From assembly GCA_964016885.1 (NCBI GenBank), contig OZ024753.1:14756001-14820000 (forward strand): 64,000 nucleotides of DNA, written 5' to 3'. Position numbers and translations under genes: made by a program. This stretch comes from Eledone cirrhosa. Its lineage: Eukaryota. This document shows, piece after piece, positions 38,782 through 51,586 of the stretch. The notes under the pieces were generated by a model. It was not told the DNA's origin, searched no databases, and saw nothing but the letters and a program-made list of their open reading frames with translations. Position 1 is the first letter of the stretch. Each line of letters starts with the position of its first letter.

Positions 38782-39719
38782 TAAATTTGAAATTCATAAT
38801 ATGAGACATACACACATAGCTAAACATACATGGTATGGTATTGTCCCGTAAGTACTGATGGAGTTATAGATGTGGCATAATGGTATACAGCATTTCTTGG
38901 ACAATTTAAGCCGAGTGGAATCCATCTTTCCTTATATCTGAACAGAGCAGGTTTCCTCCAGAGAAGGATAAAAGTGAGGGAGAGGAAGAAAACATTTTAT
39001 AGAGAAAGAATCGATCCCAGTACAAGACTGCAAAGCATTCTATCCCTAGTTGTAATGACTCTGTCAATTCCTCACCTTATATATACATACCAGCATGAAA
39101 ATATATTTTCTCTTTGTTATTTTACTTGTACATATCCAATGTGTCTGTGTGACAGCATCTCTATATTTCTCTGGCATCTATTTAACAGTTAGGTGGAATA
39201 ATGAAAGAGAAATATAAAAATATTTCTCAATCTGGCAGATATTCTAAGCTAAACAACAATAGCTCTCTAGACAAGAACAAATGATAGACAATGTGCTGTG
39301 GACTGGAAACTGTCAAGTACAGATAACACAGAAAATAATATTAAAATTACCCTCTGGAGATTTAAAAAAGAAAGAAAAACTGTTTCATTAGATAGATTTA
39401 ACCACTTGAGTTACAGTAGAACAATAATACAACACAGATGACATTTTAAATAATATTGGAGTGTAAAGCGGAGAGGTGGGTAGTGCCGCAGATTAATCCA
39501 GCATGAAGTGAATGTCTACTTGGTTGATTAGCCTGCTCGAAGGAGTAGCCAAACTTTCTTCAAACTACCATCATCATCACCAATATCATCATCATCTGGC
39601 TGCCACACAAATAGCTACTGTTTTCCTCTAATTTTCATGATTCTGAAATAGAATAGTAATACTGTCTATTTCCACAATCCAGTCCCAGTCATCTAGCAGC
39701 TTCTGAATCTACTCTGGAC

Positions 39720-39966
39720 CAGGCATGTTAAACATGTGGACTGCAGGCCTCATGCAGCCCTTTAAAAGCACACATATGGCCCACACAAAGATTTTTACAG
39801 CGTGAATATGTTTTATCTTCGTAATATAAAATTTAAAAAAATGAGTTGTAATGTGCCCAATTAATTGTCGTGTGTGGCCCTCAGACAACACGTGTGACCC
39901 ATGTGACCCTCAGACAACATATGTGGCCCATGTGGCCCTCGGGAGACCCTCAGTTTGACATGCCTG
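39720..39966. mobile_element. hAT/Charlie-type MITE
   Basis: TIRs caggcatgttaaac / gtttgacatgcctg with subterminal tgtggccc repeats. Confidence 0.7.
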
Positions 39967-40351
39967 TTCTACTCATTGTCTCCTCTGTCAGCCTTGCTTC
40001 CTCAATACCGTATCATGGGATCTATATTACATATCTGCACATGGCTTTAGTTTCTGGGAGTTTCTATGTGTGACCCAGAAACATGAACAGGTGAGAGTCC
40101 ACTAAGAGTAAGAAAGAAAACCCTTACACATGGTTCCACACTATCTGGCGCATTTTATCATGCCATCAATACTAGGCAGGCTGTCATGTTTGGCAAGCTT
40201 TCTATGGCTGGATGCCCTTCCTATCAGCAAACACTTTACAGAGTTTACTGGGTGTGGTTATTATGTAGAGCACGAACACTAAGGAGACTGCAATGCCATT
40301 GAAACACCCACCCACACATATGTATAAATATATGTATGTATGTTAGATGTA

Positions 40352-40896
40352 CAGGGGTTGGACAAAATAATGGAAACACCTAGCATCATAGCATCATAAT
40401 TATGAAATATCTATAAAACCGGCAAAAGCTTGTTTATTTTTATGTTTTTTTATTTATTATTAGTGTTGCTTAATATGTTTTGTTAAAATTGCTGTTTCTT
40501 TTCAGATATCATCAGAAAAAGGTAATTAAAATTCATTAAAATGACAGATCTATCGGACTTTCAAAGAGGTCAAACTGTTGGTGCTCGTATGGCAGGCGCT
40601 AGCATAGCGAAAACAGCCAAAATGTTTGGTGTATCAAGAAGTACTGTCTCAAAAGTAATGACAGCCTTCGAGAAAGAGGGAAAAACCTCCTTGTCGAAAC
40701 AAAACTCAGGAAGTAAACCAAAACCTTTAGATAGGGACCGTCGGACTCTTATACGAATTGTTAGAAAGGATCACAAAATTACTGCAGAGCTTAATGACCA
40801 CCTCGAAAACAATAAAAATAAACAAGCTTTTGATGGTTTTATTCAAAATTATGATGCTATGATGCTAGGTGTTTCCATTATTTTGTCCAACCCCTG
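40352..40896 (+). mobile_element. Internally deleted Tc1-family transposon
   Basis: Long TIRs caggggttggacaaaataatggaaacacctagcatcatagcatcataatt…, TA target duplication, and an N-terminal paired-like HTH (MTDLSDFQRGQTVGARMAGASIAKTAKMFGVSRSTVSKV). The DDE domain is missing. Confidence 0.93.
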
Positions 40897-42002
40897 TATG
40901 TATGTATGACAAAGGGCGGAAGAATTCATAAGGGTCAACGGCCATCCCAAAGTGTGTAAATATGTATGTACATATGTATATATATGTATATGTGTATATA
41001 CATGGGTGCATGTGTATGTATATGCACAGGGACATAGAAATAGTCGGGCTGGATACCCGATCGCGCGGTTAAACCACTGGGAGTGAAGGACCCCTAGCCT
41101 TAGTCAGGGCATTCTTCTAGGAGAAGGCAACTCAGGAAACTGGGATAACTCTGATATAAAACCTGCAGCTCAGTCGTTACCAATGATGTTGATCTTTTCT
41201 TCTTTTCGGGTTAAAGTTACTGTCGCTCAGAGAGTGGGATTGGCTCAGTGCACAGTTTTTCCTCACTTGAAAAAATATCTTCACACACAGGCATTGTACG
41301 ATATTAATAATTAATAATTAATATTAATAATTTTTTGATGATGATGATGAATTATTAATAATGGTATGTCATGCAAAGGCCATACTCGATAACAAGGTGG
41401 CAGCCATCATCATTTATGTATGTATGTATGTATGTCAGGTTGCTCTCGAGTGCTACTGGTAACATATAACCCAATACAACCTGTCTCATTGTCGGGTCGT
41501 CAGTGACTAAACCGGCAACCCCACCAAGCTTGCTTGGTGAGGAGGGTGATATTTAGACACCCTGTGGAATGAAATTAAGACCTGGCAAAGGGCAGAGGAA
41601 CTCAGCAGAGTCAACGGCCATCCTAATAGTACTTTTTTTCTTATTTCACCTGGGAGTGAAAGGCCCCCAGTTGTTGTCACAACACCTTTCTAAGAGAGGG
41701 AAACTCTGAAAAAAAAAACCCGTGACTTTGGAAGCATCTGATGATGTTGACCAGTTCTCCTTTTCGGGTAGTGTTTTCGATGCTCAGAGAGTGGGATTGG
41801 TCAAGTGCAAGGCCTTTCCCCACTTAAAAAACCTTCAAAGCACAGGCATTGTTTGATCAGGATCTGTTACAGGTTCATGTGGCTGGCCGTAGCCTAAAAG
41901 AACACCAGACTCTATAATCTGACAAGCAATTGAAATACTTTTAGAGTTTACATGCATCATGTATGTATGTATACATGTATATATATGTATATATACATAC
42001 AT

Positions 42003-42415
42003 GAGGGAGAGATGACCCCTTAGTCTTTGTCAAGGCAGAATTCTAGGAGAAGGAAAACTCTGATATAACACCTGCAACCCTGATGGTATCCAATGATGTT
42101 GACTTGTTCTTCTTTTTGGTAAATATCATCTTGGTTAAGAGAGTGGGACTGGCTTTGTGCAGTGCCTTTGCTCACTATAAAAGCTTCACGGCACAGGCAT
42201 TGCTTTATATCTGGAGATCTCTCTGCACTTGTTGTCACATGGTACCATGGGCCCAGCACTATATGTCAATAATTGTCACAAGTGTAGTGTTTGTACCAGA
42301 GTTTTCAAGTTGCTGGCTGGACTAAAAAGTCACACTCGTTCAGCACATCGGTAGGGGTTCTCCTACATGGATATAAAGTAGTGGCCGTACTCGAAAACGA
42401 GTTGGCAGCCACCAT
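42003..42415 (+). mobile_element. Short non-autonomous bipartite RTE derivative (5' UTR-like block, last C2H2 finger, 3' tail)
   Basis: Contains ctaggagaaggaaaactctga, then KCSVCTRVFKLLAGLKSHTR and the tail actcgaaaacgagttggcagccaccat. Near-identical copy at 53340-53640(-). Relatives at 41040-41410, 41436-41960 and 20606-21090(-). Confidence 0.6.
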
Positions 42416-42424
42416 ATGTATATA

Positions 42425-43385
42425 AGGGTTCTCCCTAAAAATGAAAGGCAGGTTATACGATGCCTGCATACGAACAGCAATGCTGCATGGCAGTGAGACC
42501 TGGGCATTGTGTGCAGAGGATATACGCAGACTAGTGAGGAACAAAGCTTGCATGCTCCGCTGGATGTGCAATAGTAATATACGTGAACGGCAAAGCATAA
42601 ACGAACTAAGGAAAAAATTAGAAATAAGAGGGATCAGATGTTGTTTACTCGAGAGAAGGCTACGTTGGTACGGTCACGTGATGCGCATGAAAGACGACAG
42701 CTGTATAACAAAGTGCAGGGCAATAAAGATAGACGGTAGCCACGGAGTAGGCAGACCCAAAAAAACATGGGACGAGCTGATAAATTCCGACCTCACACGC
42801 TTACACCTCTCCAAGACAATGTCACTGGACCGAGACCTTTGGCGGTACTCAGTAATAGAGAAGACCCGCCTTACCTAAATACAAAGTAAAAACCTACTAC
42901 AGTCAGTAGGCATCTCTATCAAAACACCCCCCCGTCACACCACCTCCACCCCATCCACACCGCCCCTTTCAATGTAAAGTTATGTTGGTCCCACAACATC
43001 CAGGCCGAAACAAATGAGATCGTGTAGGTGTCACGATAAAAAAACACAGTCCACGCTGTAAATGTGGCCGTGTAGGCAACACGGTAAAAACCTCCCAGCC
43101 CCACACTGTAAATGTGGTTGGTGTTAGGAAGGGCATCCAGCTGTAGAAAACCCGCCAGACAGTCCACGCTGTAATGTGGCCGTGTAGGCAACACGGTAAA
43201 AACCTCCCAGCCCCACACTGTAAATGTGGTTGGTGTTAGGAAGGGCATCCAACTGTAGAAAACCCGCCAGACAGTCCTATGCGAGCAAGACAACCACTCT
43301 TGCCTCAAGTGGGAAAACCCCCATCCAAACCCATGCAAGCGTGGAACACGGACGCTAAACCTGATGATGATGATGATGATGATGA
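42425..43385 (+). mobile_element. 5'-truncated RTE LINE (family A variant) with a ~113-bp tandem duplication in the 3' UTR
   Basis: ORF 42441-42878 is nearly identical to the family A C-terminus. The block cagtccacgctgt…aaacccgccaga occurs twice. Ends in a (GAT)n tail. Confidence 0.93.
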
Positions 43386-44614
43386 TAATGAAGGAATTGT
43401 GGTAAGGAACCAGATGGACCATAATGCAGCATATATATATTCTGGACTGTATATATATATATATGCACAGGGACATGGAAACACTCAGTTTGATGCCCAA
43501 GCATGTTGTTGTAATTTAAAAAGCCAGCTTTGTCACACAATATCACGCTGAATCTCCCTGAGAATCACATTAATGGTACACATGTCTGTGATCTGCTCAG
43601 CCACCCCCACAATTTCGTCACATATTATTCCATTTATCTAACAACTGCAATATATATCACTAAAAGCAACAGAGGTCCACCGAAAGTAGATACCAACATA
43701 TATATTAGTTTTGTCTCAGATAATATCTTCTCTGAAACCCGATACTAATATCATCATCACTTCTCGTAAACTGAGGTTTGCCATGTGTAAAGTGATTACT
43801 CGTTAGAAATATATTCAATCATTGTGAGAAAGAAATTGGATCTTTACTCTCCATATGTGTTGTGTTTTGTGTCAATACAGCAAAGTTGTCACTAAATCAC
43901 AATCGAATTAATATTTCACCATCGTTTATAGATTTATTCAACTATCAGATATAAATTAACACCCATTCCTTATTTTATATACATACACTCCACCATTGTG
44001 GTGCTTTCCTACCTGATGATTGTCCAAGGTAAATAGGGAAAAAACAACAATTTTTGTTACATCTGACACACACATTATACATACTTTACACATACATTAC
44101 ACACACATGCTGTTGATTATAGGATTACATGTCTAAATTATTTCATCTCTTAATGGTCCTATTTTCTGACGTCAACAAATATACCATGCTATGTGAATAT
44201 TTAATGACATAGTAACATTATTTTCATCACTGCTTAGGTAAGAAATAATAAATGGACTATGAATTCGCTAAAATAACAAACACACACTAGTAAACAAAGA
44301 TAGAATATAAAAACAAAAACACATACACTCAAACGCGAACACATACACCAAACATTATACACACACACCAACGCAGAGACGGAGACAAAAATAAATAAAT
44401 ATATACAGAGGTACAATAACAACAAACACATATAAACACACACTAGTAAACAAAGATAGATAATAACAAAAACACATACACTCAAACGCACACACCAAAC
44501 ATTATACACACACGCAAACGCATGCGCAGAGACGGAGACAAAAATAAATAAATAAATAGATAAAATAAAAATGGCGTAAACATTACAATACAATAGGAGG
44601 GAACATGATAATTG

Positions 44615-44658
44615 TACCACTGATGATGTTGCAGATGTGCAACGAAAGTACTTTGTTA
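44615..44658 (+). ncRNA. Minimal type I hammerhead ribozyme (family H2)
   Basis: tacca-CTGATGA-t-gttgca(gatg)tgcaac-GAAA-gtac-TT-tgtta. One extra U before stem II, and a palindromic stem III (AGTACT). Confidence 0.7.
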
Positions 44659-46053
44659 GACTATATATATATATTTATATCTGTATTTTTAACCGCTGGT
44701 CAGTCAATGATAAACATTGAGGACCAAATAAATTAATTGTGGAGATATAAAAGATACAGAAGCGAAAACCAACCAAACAGTGAGTGTGTTCTGTTATTAT
44801 TTCTGGCAATATTATTACAGCAATATGACCCTCCCCAAGTATAACTATCATTTCATTTCATTTCATTTTATGTCTGCTTTTTCCTTGCTTGCAAGGGTGG
44901 GACGGGAACTGATTCTGGCTTGATTTCTACAGCTGGATGCCCTTCCTAACACCAACCTCATTTACAGTGAGTGCTGGGTGCTTTTTTGCCGTGGCACCTC
45001 CACGACCACTTTGCAGTGGAATGATATGAACCCCAGTCCCTATCATCTCATTTCTACAGCTGAGTAAACTGGAGCAATGTGAAATAAAGTGTCTTGCTCA
45101 AGGAAACAGCACATCACCCGGTCTGAGAATATATAAAAATGGAGGCACATGGCTTAGTGGTTAGAGCATTGGCCTTGCAATCGAAAGATTGTGAGTTCAA
45201 TTCTCAGACTGGGTGATGTGTTGTTTCCTTGAGCAAGACACTTTATTTCACATTGCTCCAGTTTACTCAGCTGTAGAAATGAGATGATAGGGACCCCAGT
45301 CCCTATCATTCCACTGCAAAGTGGTCGTGGAGGTGCCATGGCAAAAAAGCACCCAGCACTCACTGTAAATGAGGTTGGTGTTAGGAAGGGCATCCTGCTG
45401 TAGAAATCAAGCCAGAATCAGTTCCTGTCCCACCTTTGCAAGCAGGGAAAAGCGGACGTAAAATGAAAATGAAAAAAAAAATGATATATATATATACACA
45501 CACATATACAAACACATAGATATATACACATATACATATATACATGTGCATGTGTGTCTATGTATTTATAACTTCCTTCTGCCTTATTACTTACTTGGAT
45601 GTGTAGAAAGGTGCTAGAAAGAAGTTTACTCTATGTTTTGATTGAACCAGGATATGACTGAATACCAGTAATATACCAGTCAAATTAACCATTATCAATT
45701 CTGTATTAACATGAGTAGAAATATAATTATTGACTTTATTCAAAGTGTTAATACAATGATCAGCTGTTTCATTTTAAAACTCAAACTAGACATCAGAACC
45801 ATTTAAAAATTTAAATATAAAAACTATATTTAATATATTTTTAGTGACATTAAAGATTATGTTTAGCTAATGCTATATTTATATTTGTTTTTGCAAAAAT
45901 ATAATTATAGCTTAACTATGAAATATTAATCATAAATACCAGACAGATAATCTACATGCAACAATTTAATTACAATATTTATAAATCCTCATATCTGAAG
46001 AACATTCTTGTATCTGCTACCTGGAGACTCAGTACAACTACAGATATATTTAA

Positions 46054-46272
46054 CCCTTTAGCATTCACATTACTCTATGTATACTATTGTATTTTCATGG
46101 TAAAGGCTTTACCTCACATAATATCTCACATAATATCTAATCTATGAGATTTTGAAAGTATTTGTTTTGAGACCAATACCTTAACATCAGTTTGAGTGAC
46201 CAGTTACAGCCAGTTTCAACAGAAAAAGGTAGAGAATTCTGGCTGGTTTTGGCCGGTTTGAACATTAAAAGG
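46054..46272. mobile_element. piggyBac-type MITE monomer
   Basis: ttaa|ccctttagcattc … gaacattaaaagg|ttaa. Confidence 0.75.
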
Positions 46273-46289
46273 TTAAACTCTAGATTTGA

Positions 46290-46730
46290 CTCTAGGAGTT
46301 ACTACTGAAAGAATACAATCACGAATACAAACGGCTGAAATGGGGTCCTCTGAAGTGTCTTTGGAGTAATGTTACCCGATAGTGCGTAGCTCACAGATCA
46401 GAAAGTCACTCCAGGTAGAGCCGCTACTTCTCAGAATTAAGAGATCACAGTTCTGATACTGTGAGCATGTGGTTAGAATGTCTCAGGAAAGAATTGCTGG
46501 ACAGATTTTACAGGTAAAACCAACTGGCAGGAGACCCAGGGACAGACCATGAACTCAGCTGGACTCACCTAGGGATCCAGCTGGTCTCGCTTGGGGTTCC
46601 AGCTGGTCTAACTTGGAGATCCAGCTGGATCAGTTCGAGTTGGTTGCTTCTGACATAACCCACTGGAAGGAGTGTCTGAGTACTCTTCCCCCATGACCTT
46701 CTCAGGAATAAGTAAACGCAGAAGAAGAAG
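46290..46730 (+). mobile_element. Decayed RTE-like LINE 3' fragment (parent of the 123-bp tandem array)
   Basis: Contains a single copy of the 123-bp unit and a (gaa)n tail. A similar longer copy lies at ~61710-62340. Confidence 0.8.
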
Positions 46731-47188
46731 GAGGTACTTCCAATCTAGGTCAGAGTGGACTAGGATTGTTTCCTCATCTTTCACCTGAGCACCCAGTACA
46801 ACTACAAATCTATTTATCATAGATAAGTTCCTAACTGATACCACCAACATGGAGCAGAGTGAGCCTGAAACTAAGGCCTATGAAGAATTGGTTTCATGTT
46901 TCCCATATCTCCAGAGACATACCATCTGATGCAATTTAGTGACATACCCACTGCAATGACACATAACTATGATTATCATCATCATCACTGTTTTACGTAC
47001 ATTTTCCCACACTAGCCTGGGTTAGACAAGTTGTCCTCTTGTGAGAAATGCTGTGTCAGGTGACCATGTGTTGCACATACAAAACTGATTTTGGCTTGGT
47101 TTCTACAGCTGGATGCCCTTCCTAATGCCAACCTCATTTGGAGTGAGTACTGGGTGCTTTTTCTCGTGTCACCTACGTGACCACTTTA

Positions 47189-48209
47189 CAGTGTGGACTG
47201 GGTGTTTTTTGTCATGACACCTATACAACTACTTTACAGTGTGGGCTGGGTGATTTTTGTCATGACACCTACACAACTACTGTACAGTGTGGGCTGGGTG
47301 CTTTTTGTCATGACACCTACACAACTACTGTACAGTGTGGGCTGGGTGCTTTTTGTCATGACACCTACACAACTACTGTACAGTGTGGGCTGGGTGCTTT
47401 TTGTTATGACACCTACACAACCACTGTACAGTGTGGACTGGGTGCTTTTTGTCATGACACCTACACAACTACTGTACAGTGTGGACTGGGTGCTTTTTGT
47501 TATGACACCTACACAACCACTGTACAGTGTGGGCTGGGTGCTTTTTGTTGTGACACCTACACAACTACTGTACAGTGTGGGCTGGGTGCTTTTTGTTATG
47601 ACACCTACACAACTACTGTACAGTGTGGGCTGGGTGCTTTTTGTTATGACACCTACACAACTACTGTACAGTGTGGGCTGGGTGCTTTTTGTCATGACAC
47701 CTACACAACTACTGTACAGTGTGGGCTGGGTGCTTTTTGTTATGACACCTATACAACTACTGTACAGTGTGGGCTGGGTGCTTTTTGTCATGACACCTAC
47801 ACAACTACTGTACAGTGTGGGCTGGGTGCTTTTTGTCATGACACCTACACAACTACTGTACAGTGTGGGCTGGGTGCTTTTTGTCATGACACCTACACAA
47901 CTACTGTACAGTGTGGGCTGGGTGCTTTTTGTTATGACACCTATACAACTACTGTACAGTGTGGGCTGGGTGCTTTTTGTCATGACACCTACACAACTAC
48001 TGTACAGTGAGTACTGGGTGCTTTTTGTCATGACACCTACACAACTACTGTACAGTGTGGGCTGGGTGCTTTTTGTCATGACACCTACACAACTACTGTA
48101 CAGTGTAGGCTGGGTGCTTTTTGTTATGACACCTACACAACTACTGTACAGTGTGGGCTGGGTGCTTTTTGTTATGACACCTACACAACTACTGTACAGT
48201 GTGGGCTGG
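47189..48209. repeat. 48-bp minisatellite (~21 copies) grown out of an RTE 3' UTR
   Basis: Unit cagtgtgggctgggtgctttttgtcatgacacctacacaactactgta. It is contiguous with an RTE tail on the minus strand at 46975-47188. Confidence 0.95.
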
Positions 48210-48751
48210 CCAATTCTCTAACCACTAAGCCATGTACCTCCATATATATATATATATAAAAAAATCTGTAATGTTTTCTTGTTTGTCTCCCTTATGTATT
48301 ATCGGTAGGGCAGTGGATTGGCAGTATCGGTAGAGGGTCTGACGACATGCTTTGCAGCATAGAGTTGCGGCCCTTTGTAGTCTGAGTTCAAATCCCGCCG
48401 ATAAAATAAAGTACCAGTAATACACTGGAGTGGTTGCTGGCCTTGTTTGAAACAGCGGACAACAGAGGCCACGTACCGTTCCTCTGCGACAGATAACTCC
48501 CCCCCTTGGAAAACCCCCTAGTTGATGGATGCGAAATCCGAAATATAGGGACAATTAAATTTCTCCCAAGGTAACTCTCTCTTGTGTTGTTATTTTTATT
48601 TTTTACGCTCTTTCCTACGTTTCTCTACACACTATACATCTCATTCTACATTTCCTCTCACATCTCTCTCTTCACCACCGGATTTTGTTACCTGGAGATT
48701 TACGCATCTGCATTGTTGAGGCTTCCAAAATGACCAAATTTTATATATATG

Positions 48752-48814
<63 letters not shown>

Positions 48815-48934
48815 ATAGTAATATTTATATATGTTTGATATAACTATAAATATGTAGGGTAGTACTAAGTACTAGCTTGTTACCGGTATGACAAAAGGCT
48901 CAATGCAAATTTTCAAGTGTTTTACAGAGCTGAG

Positions 48935-49252
48935 ATACAAAGTTTTAAAACGATCAAATTTTAGTTTAGAATATTTATTAGCTGACAATTGTTTCTTCCA
49001 GAGGGAAGTCTGGAATCATCGGAGCATAAGGAATGTCGAAAAATGTAACTAAAATCCCAATCATTTAGAACATTTAGTGTACATAATTGTGTGTGTACAA
49101 TTATGTACCCTAAATGTTCTAAATGATTGGGATTTTAGTTACATTTTTCGACATTCCTTATGCTCCGATGATTCCAGACTTCCCTCTGGAAGAAACAATT
49201 GTCAGCTAATAAATATTCTAAACTAAAATTTGATCGTGTTAACACTTTGTAT
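48935..49252. repeat. Near-perfect 318-bp palindrome (156-bp arms, 6-nt loop) with a hammerhead-like motif in each arm (family H5)
   Basis: The right arm at 49162-49206 reads gct-CCGATGA-ttccaga(cttccc)tctggaa-GAAA-caattg-TC-agc. U4 is replaced by C in both arms. Confidence 0.9.
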
Positions 49253-49253
49253 G

Positions 49254-49285
<32 letters not shown>

Positions 49286-49437
49286 GTTCAAGTGTAACCA
49301 ATCTTAAAGAGAGTATTATTATTATTATTATTATTTACATTCCTTACATTAAACTACAACTATGTTGACAATCTTTAAATAATATCTTCCTTGTGAAATT
49401 TGTGGTCTTGTTTTGCTTAACTAATGAATATATATAT

Positions 49438-49470
<33 letters not shown>

Positions 49471-49532
49471 TTCGTTTCTGAATTTGTTTAGCAAGTTTCT
49501 TTATCTGAAAACGTGTGTTGAAACCGATATTG

Positions 49533-49594
<62 letters not shown>

Positions 49595-49604
<10 letters not shown>

Positions 49605-49739
49605 AGATCAAAAGATGGTTAAAAGAGTTCCATGTATTTTATTATGCGTATTTCAAAAACAAATTATTTATTTGTTTTTGAAATGCGCATAATAAAATAC
49701 ATGGAACTCTTTAAACCATCTTTTGATCTTATATATTAT
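49595..49739. repeat. 145-bp palindrome (centre ~49667) about 175 nt into the intron from the SK exon donor
   Basis: About 70-bp arms. The right arm contains GAAA-tgcgca-TA-ataaaa, the 3' half of a hammerhead. A related rearranged copy lies at ~3920-4030. Confidence 0.88.
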
Positions 49740-49912
49740 TTATACTCCAGTCCTACAAACTGTAGAGTGCTACTTATCTGATATCTGCATTGCTTTATTG
49801 TACTACAATAAAACTCACCTTCTACATTAACATTATATATATATATATACATATAAATATATATATATATATATAGCCAAAATAAGAAATAAAAACTTTC
49901 CAACTGACTCAC

Positions 49913-50325
49913 CTTTCACAGGCACGTAACGTCCAACTTGCTATTATCCATAATGATAACATGAAGACTAGCAGAACGGTTCCTGGACAGATTGTCATGA
50001 GTGTCTTCAGTACGAAGCGTGTGTCAAAGTTGATTCTGTTGAGGGCGCCGATACTCCTCGAGGATGCATCAGTGAACAGTCTGCTATGCAGCAACATAAC
50101 TCGGCAGATCAAATATAGCCGAAGAAACATAGGAAGTGACAGAATTATATCCACAGGCACCTGTACCGATTGTACTGTTTGTTTTAATGATGTAGTCCAC
50201 ATAAAGTAAAAATCTCCAGGAATAGGATGTATCGCACACACAACAATCTCCAATAACAACTGCATTCCTCGGCGCCATGATATGGCAATGCGCCAATCCT
50301 CCACGCAGTTGTCCACAGCAAAAAG
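49913..50325 (-). CDS. KCNN: SK (small-conductance Ca2+-activated K+) channel coding exon, S3-S5 region
   Basis: Translates [19 protein letters not shown]...[13 protein letters not shown]...[63 protein letters not shown]...[12 protein letters not shown], the hallmark SK channel sequence. Polypyrimidine tract plus AG acceptor (tttctttttctag) precedes 50325, and a GTGAGT donor follows 49913. Length 413 bp, phase 0 to phase 2. Confidence 0.97.
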
Positions 50326-51089
50326 CTAGAAAAAGAAACAGAGAAAAAAAAGTGTTAGTGAAATAACATTTTTTTTTTTTTTACTGTAAATGTTATAAAT
50401 GCTATGAATGGCAGGAAATGAAGGGAAAGAGCAAGAATTATTAGGGGACAAAAGAAAGAGGTGGCACCCCAGGTATAATGGCCAGCAATTCCCACTGTAA
50501 TAGCTACCCCACCTCATTTGCAGGTAAAATATTTACAATGAGATATTGAGGGGTTTAACATATACAAGTAACAAAAATACAGGTGATATATTTACAGGTA
50601 AGACAATTACAGGTGAGATATATGCAGGTGTGATATTTTCATAGTTTAGATATTAACACTGATTGAATGGAGGCACATGGCTTAGTGGTTAGAACATAGG
50701 CATTGCAATAGAAAGGTTGTGAGTTCAATTCTCAGACCGGGTGATGTGTTGTTTCCTTGAGCAAGACACTTTATTTCACATTGCTCCAGAGGACTGGGTT
50801 CCCTATCATACCACTGCAAAGTGGTCGTGGAGGTGCCACGGCAAAAAAGCACCCAGCACTCACTGTAAATGAGGTTAGTGTTAGGAAGGGCATCCAGCTG
50901 TAGAAATCAAGCCAGAATCAGTTCCCGTCCCACCCTTGCAAGCAGGGAAAAGCGGACGTATGATGATGATGATGAAGATGATGATGATGATGATGAATGT
51001 GTTGATTGGAACTAACCATTAATCCAACAGATAACAATGTATGTATGTATATATGTGGGTATGTATGTGTGTGTATGCATGTATGTATT

Positions 51090-51411
51090 TATATTCAGCT
51101 ATGAGAGTTAGATCATCTGCGTATAGAAGTTCCCATGGGCAGCCAGTCTTAAACTCCTCTGTTATAGCCTGAAGTGCAATAATAAATAGTAGGGGGCAAA
51201 GGACAGAGCCTTGTTGAACACCAACTTTTACGCTAAATTCTTCACTATATTCATTGTTTATTGTAACCTTACTGACTGTTTCTTTATACATGGCTTGAAT
51301 AGCCCTCACAAGCCATTCATCTACACCTAGTTTTCTAAGGGCCCACCAGATAATGGAGTGGGGGGCTCTGTCAAAGGCTTTCTCCAAGTCAACAAAAGCT
51401 AAGTAGAGGGG

Positions 51412-51415
<4 letters not shown>
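51090..51415 (-). mobile_element. Internal RT fragment of RTE family A
   Basis: LEKAFDRAP…VGVQQGSVLCP…WELLYADDLTLIAE, bounded by microsatellite on both sides. Confidence 0.9.
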
Positions 51416-51461
<46 letters not shown>

Positions 51462-51467
51462 CTATGA

Positions 51468-51586
<119 letters not shown>

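Larger units (their letters stand above)
1491..49912 (-). other. ~48.4 kb GT-AG intron of the SK channel gene
   Basis: Bounded by the donor of exon 49913-50325 and the acceptor of exon 1355-1490. The two exons are consecutive in known SK proteins. I saw no intervening SK-like exon. Confidence 0.88.

Noticed and set aside
47177-48221. Repeat-protein ORFs or CRISPR-like array
   Set aside because: Head-to-tail 48-bp minisatellite with no unique spacers and no cas genes. It derives from an RTE 3' UTR.
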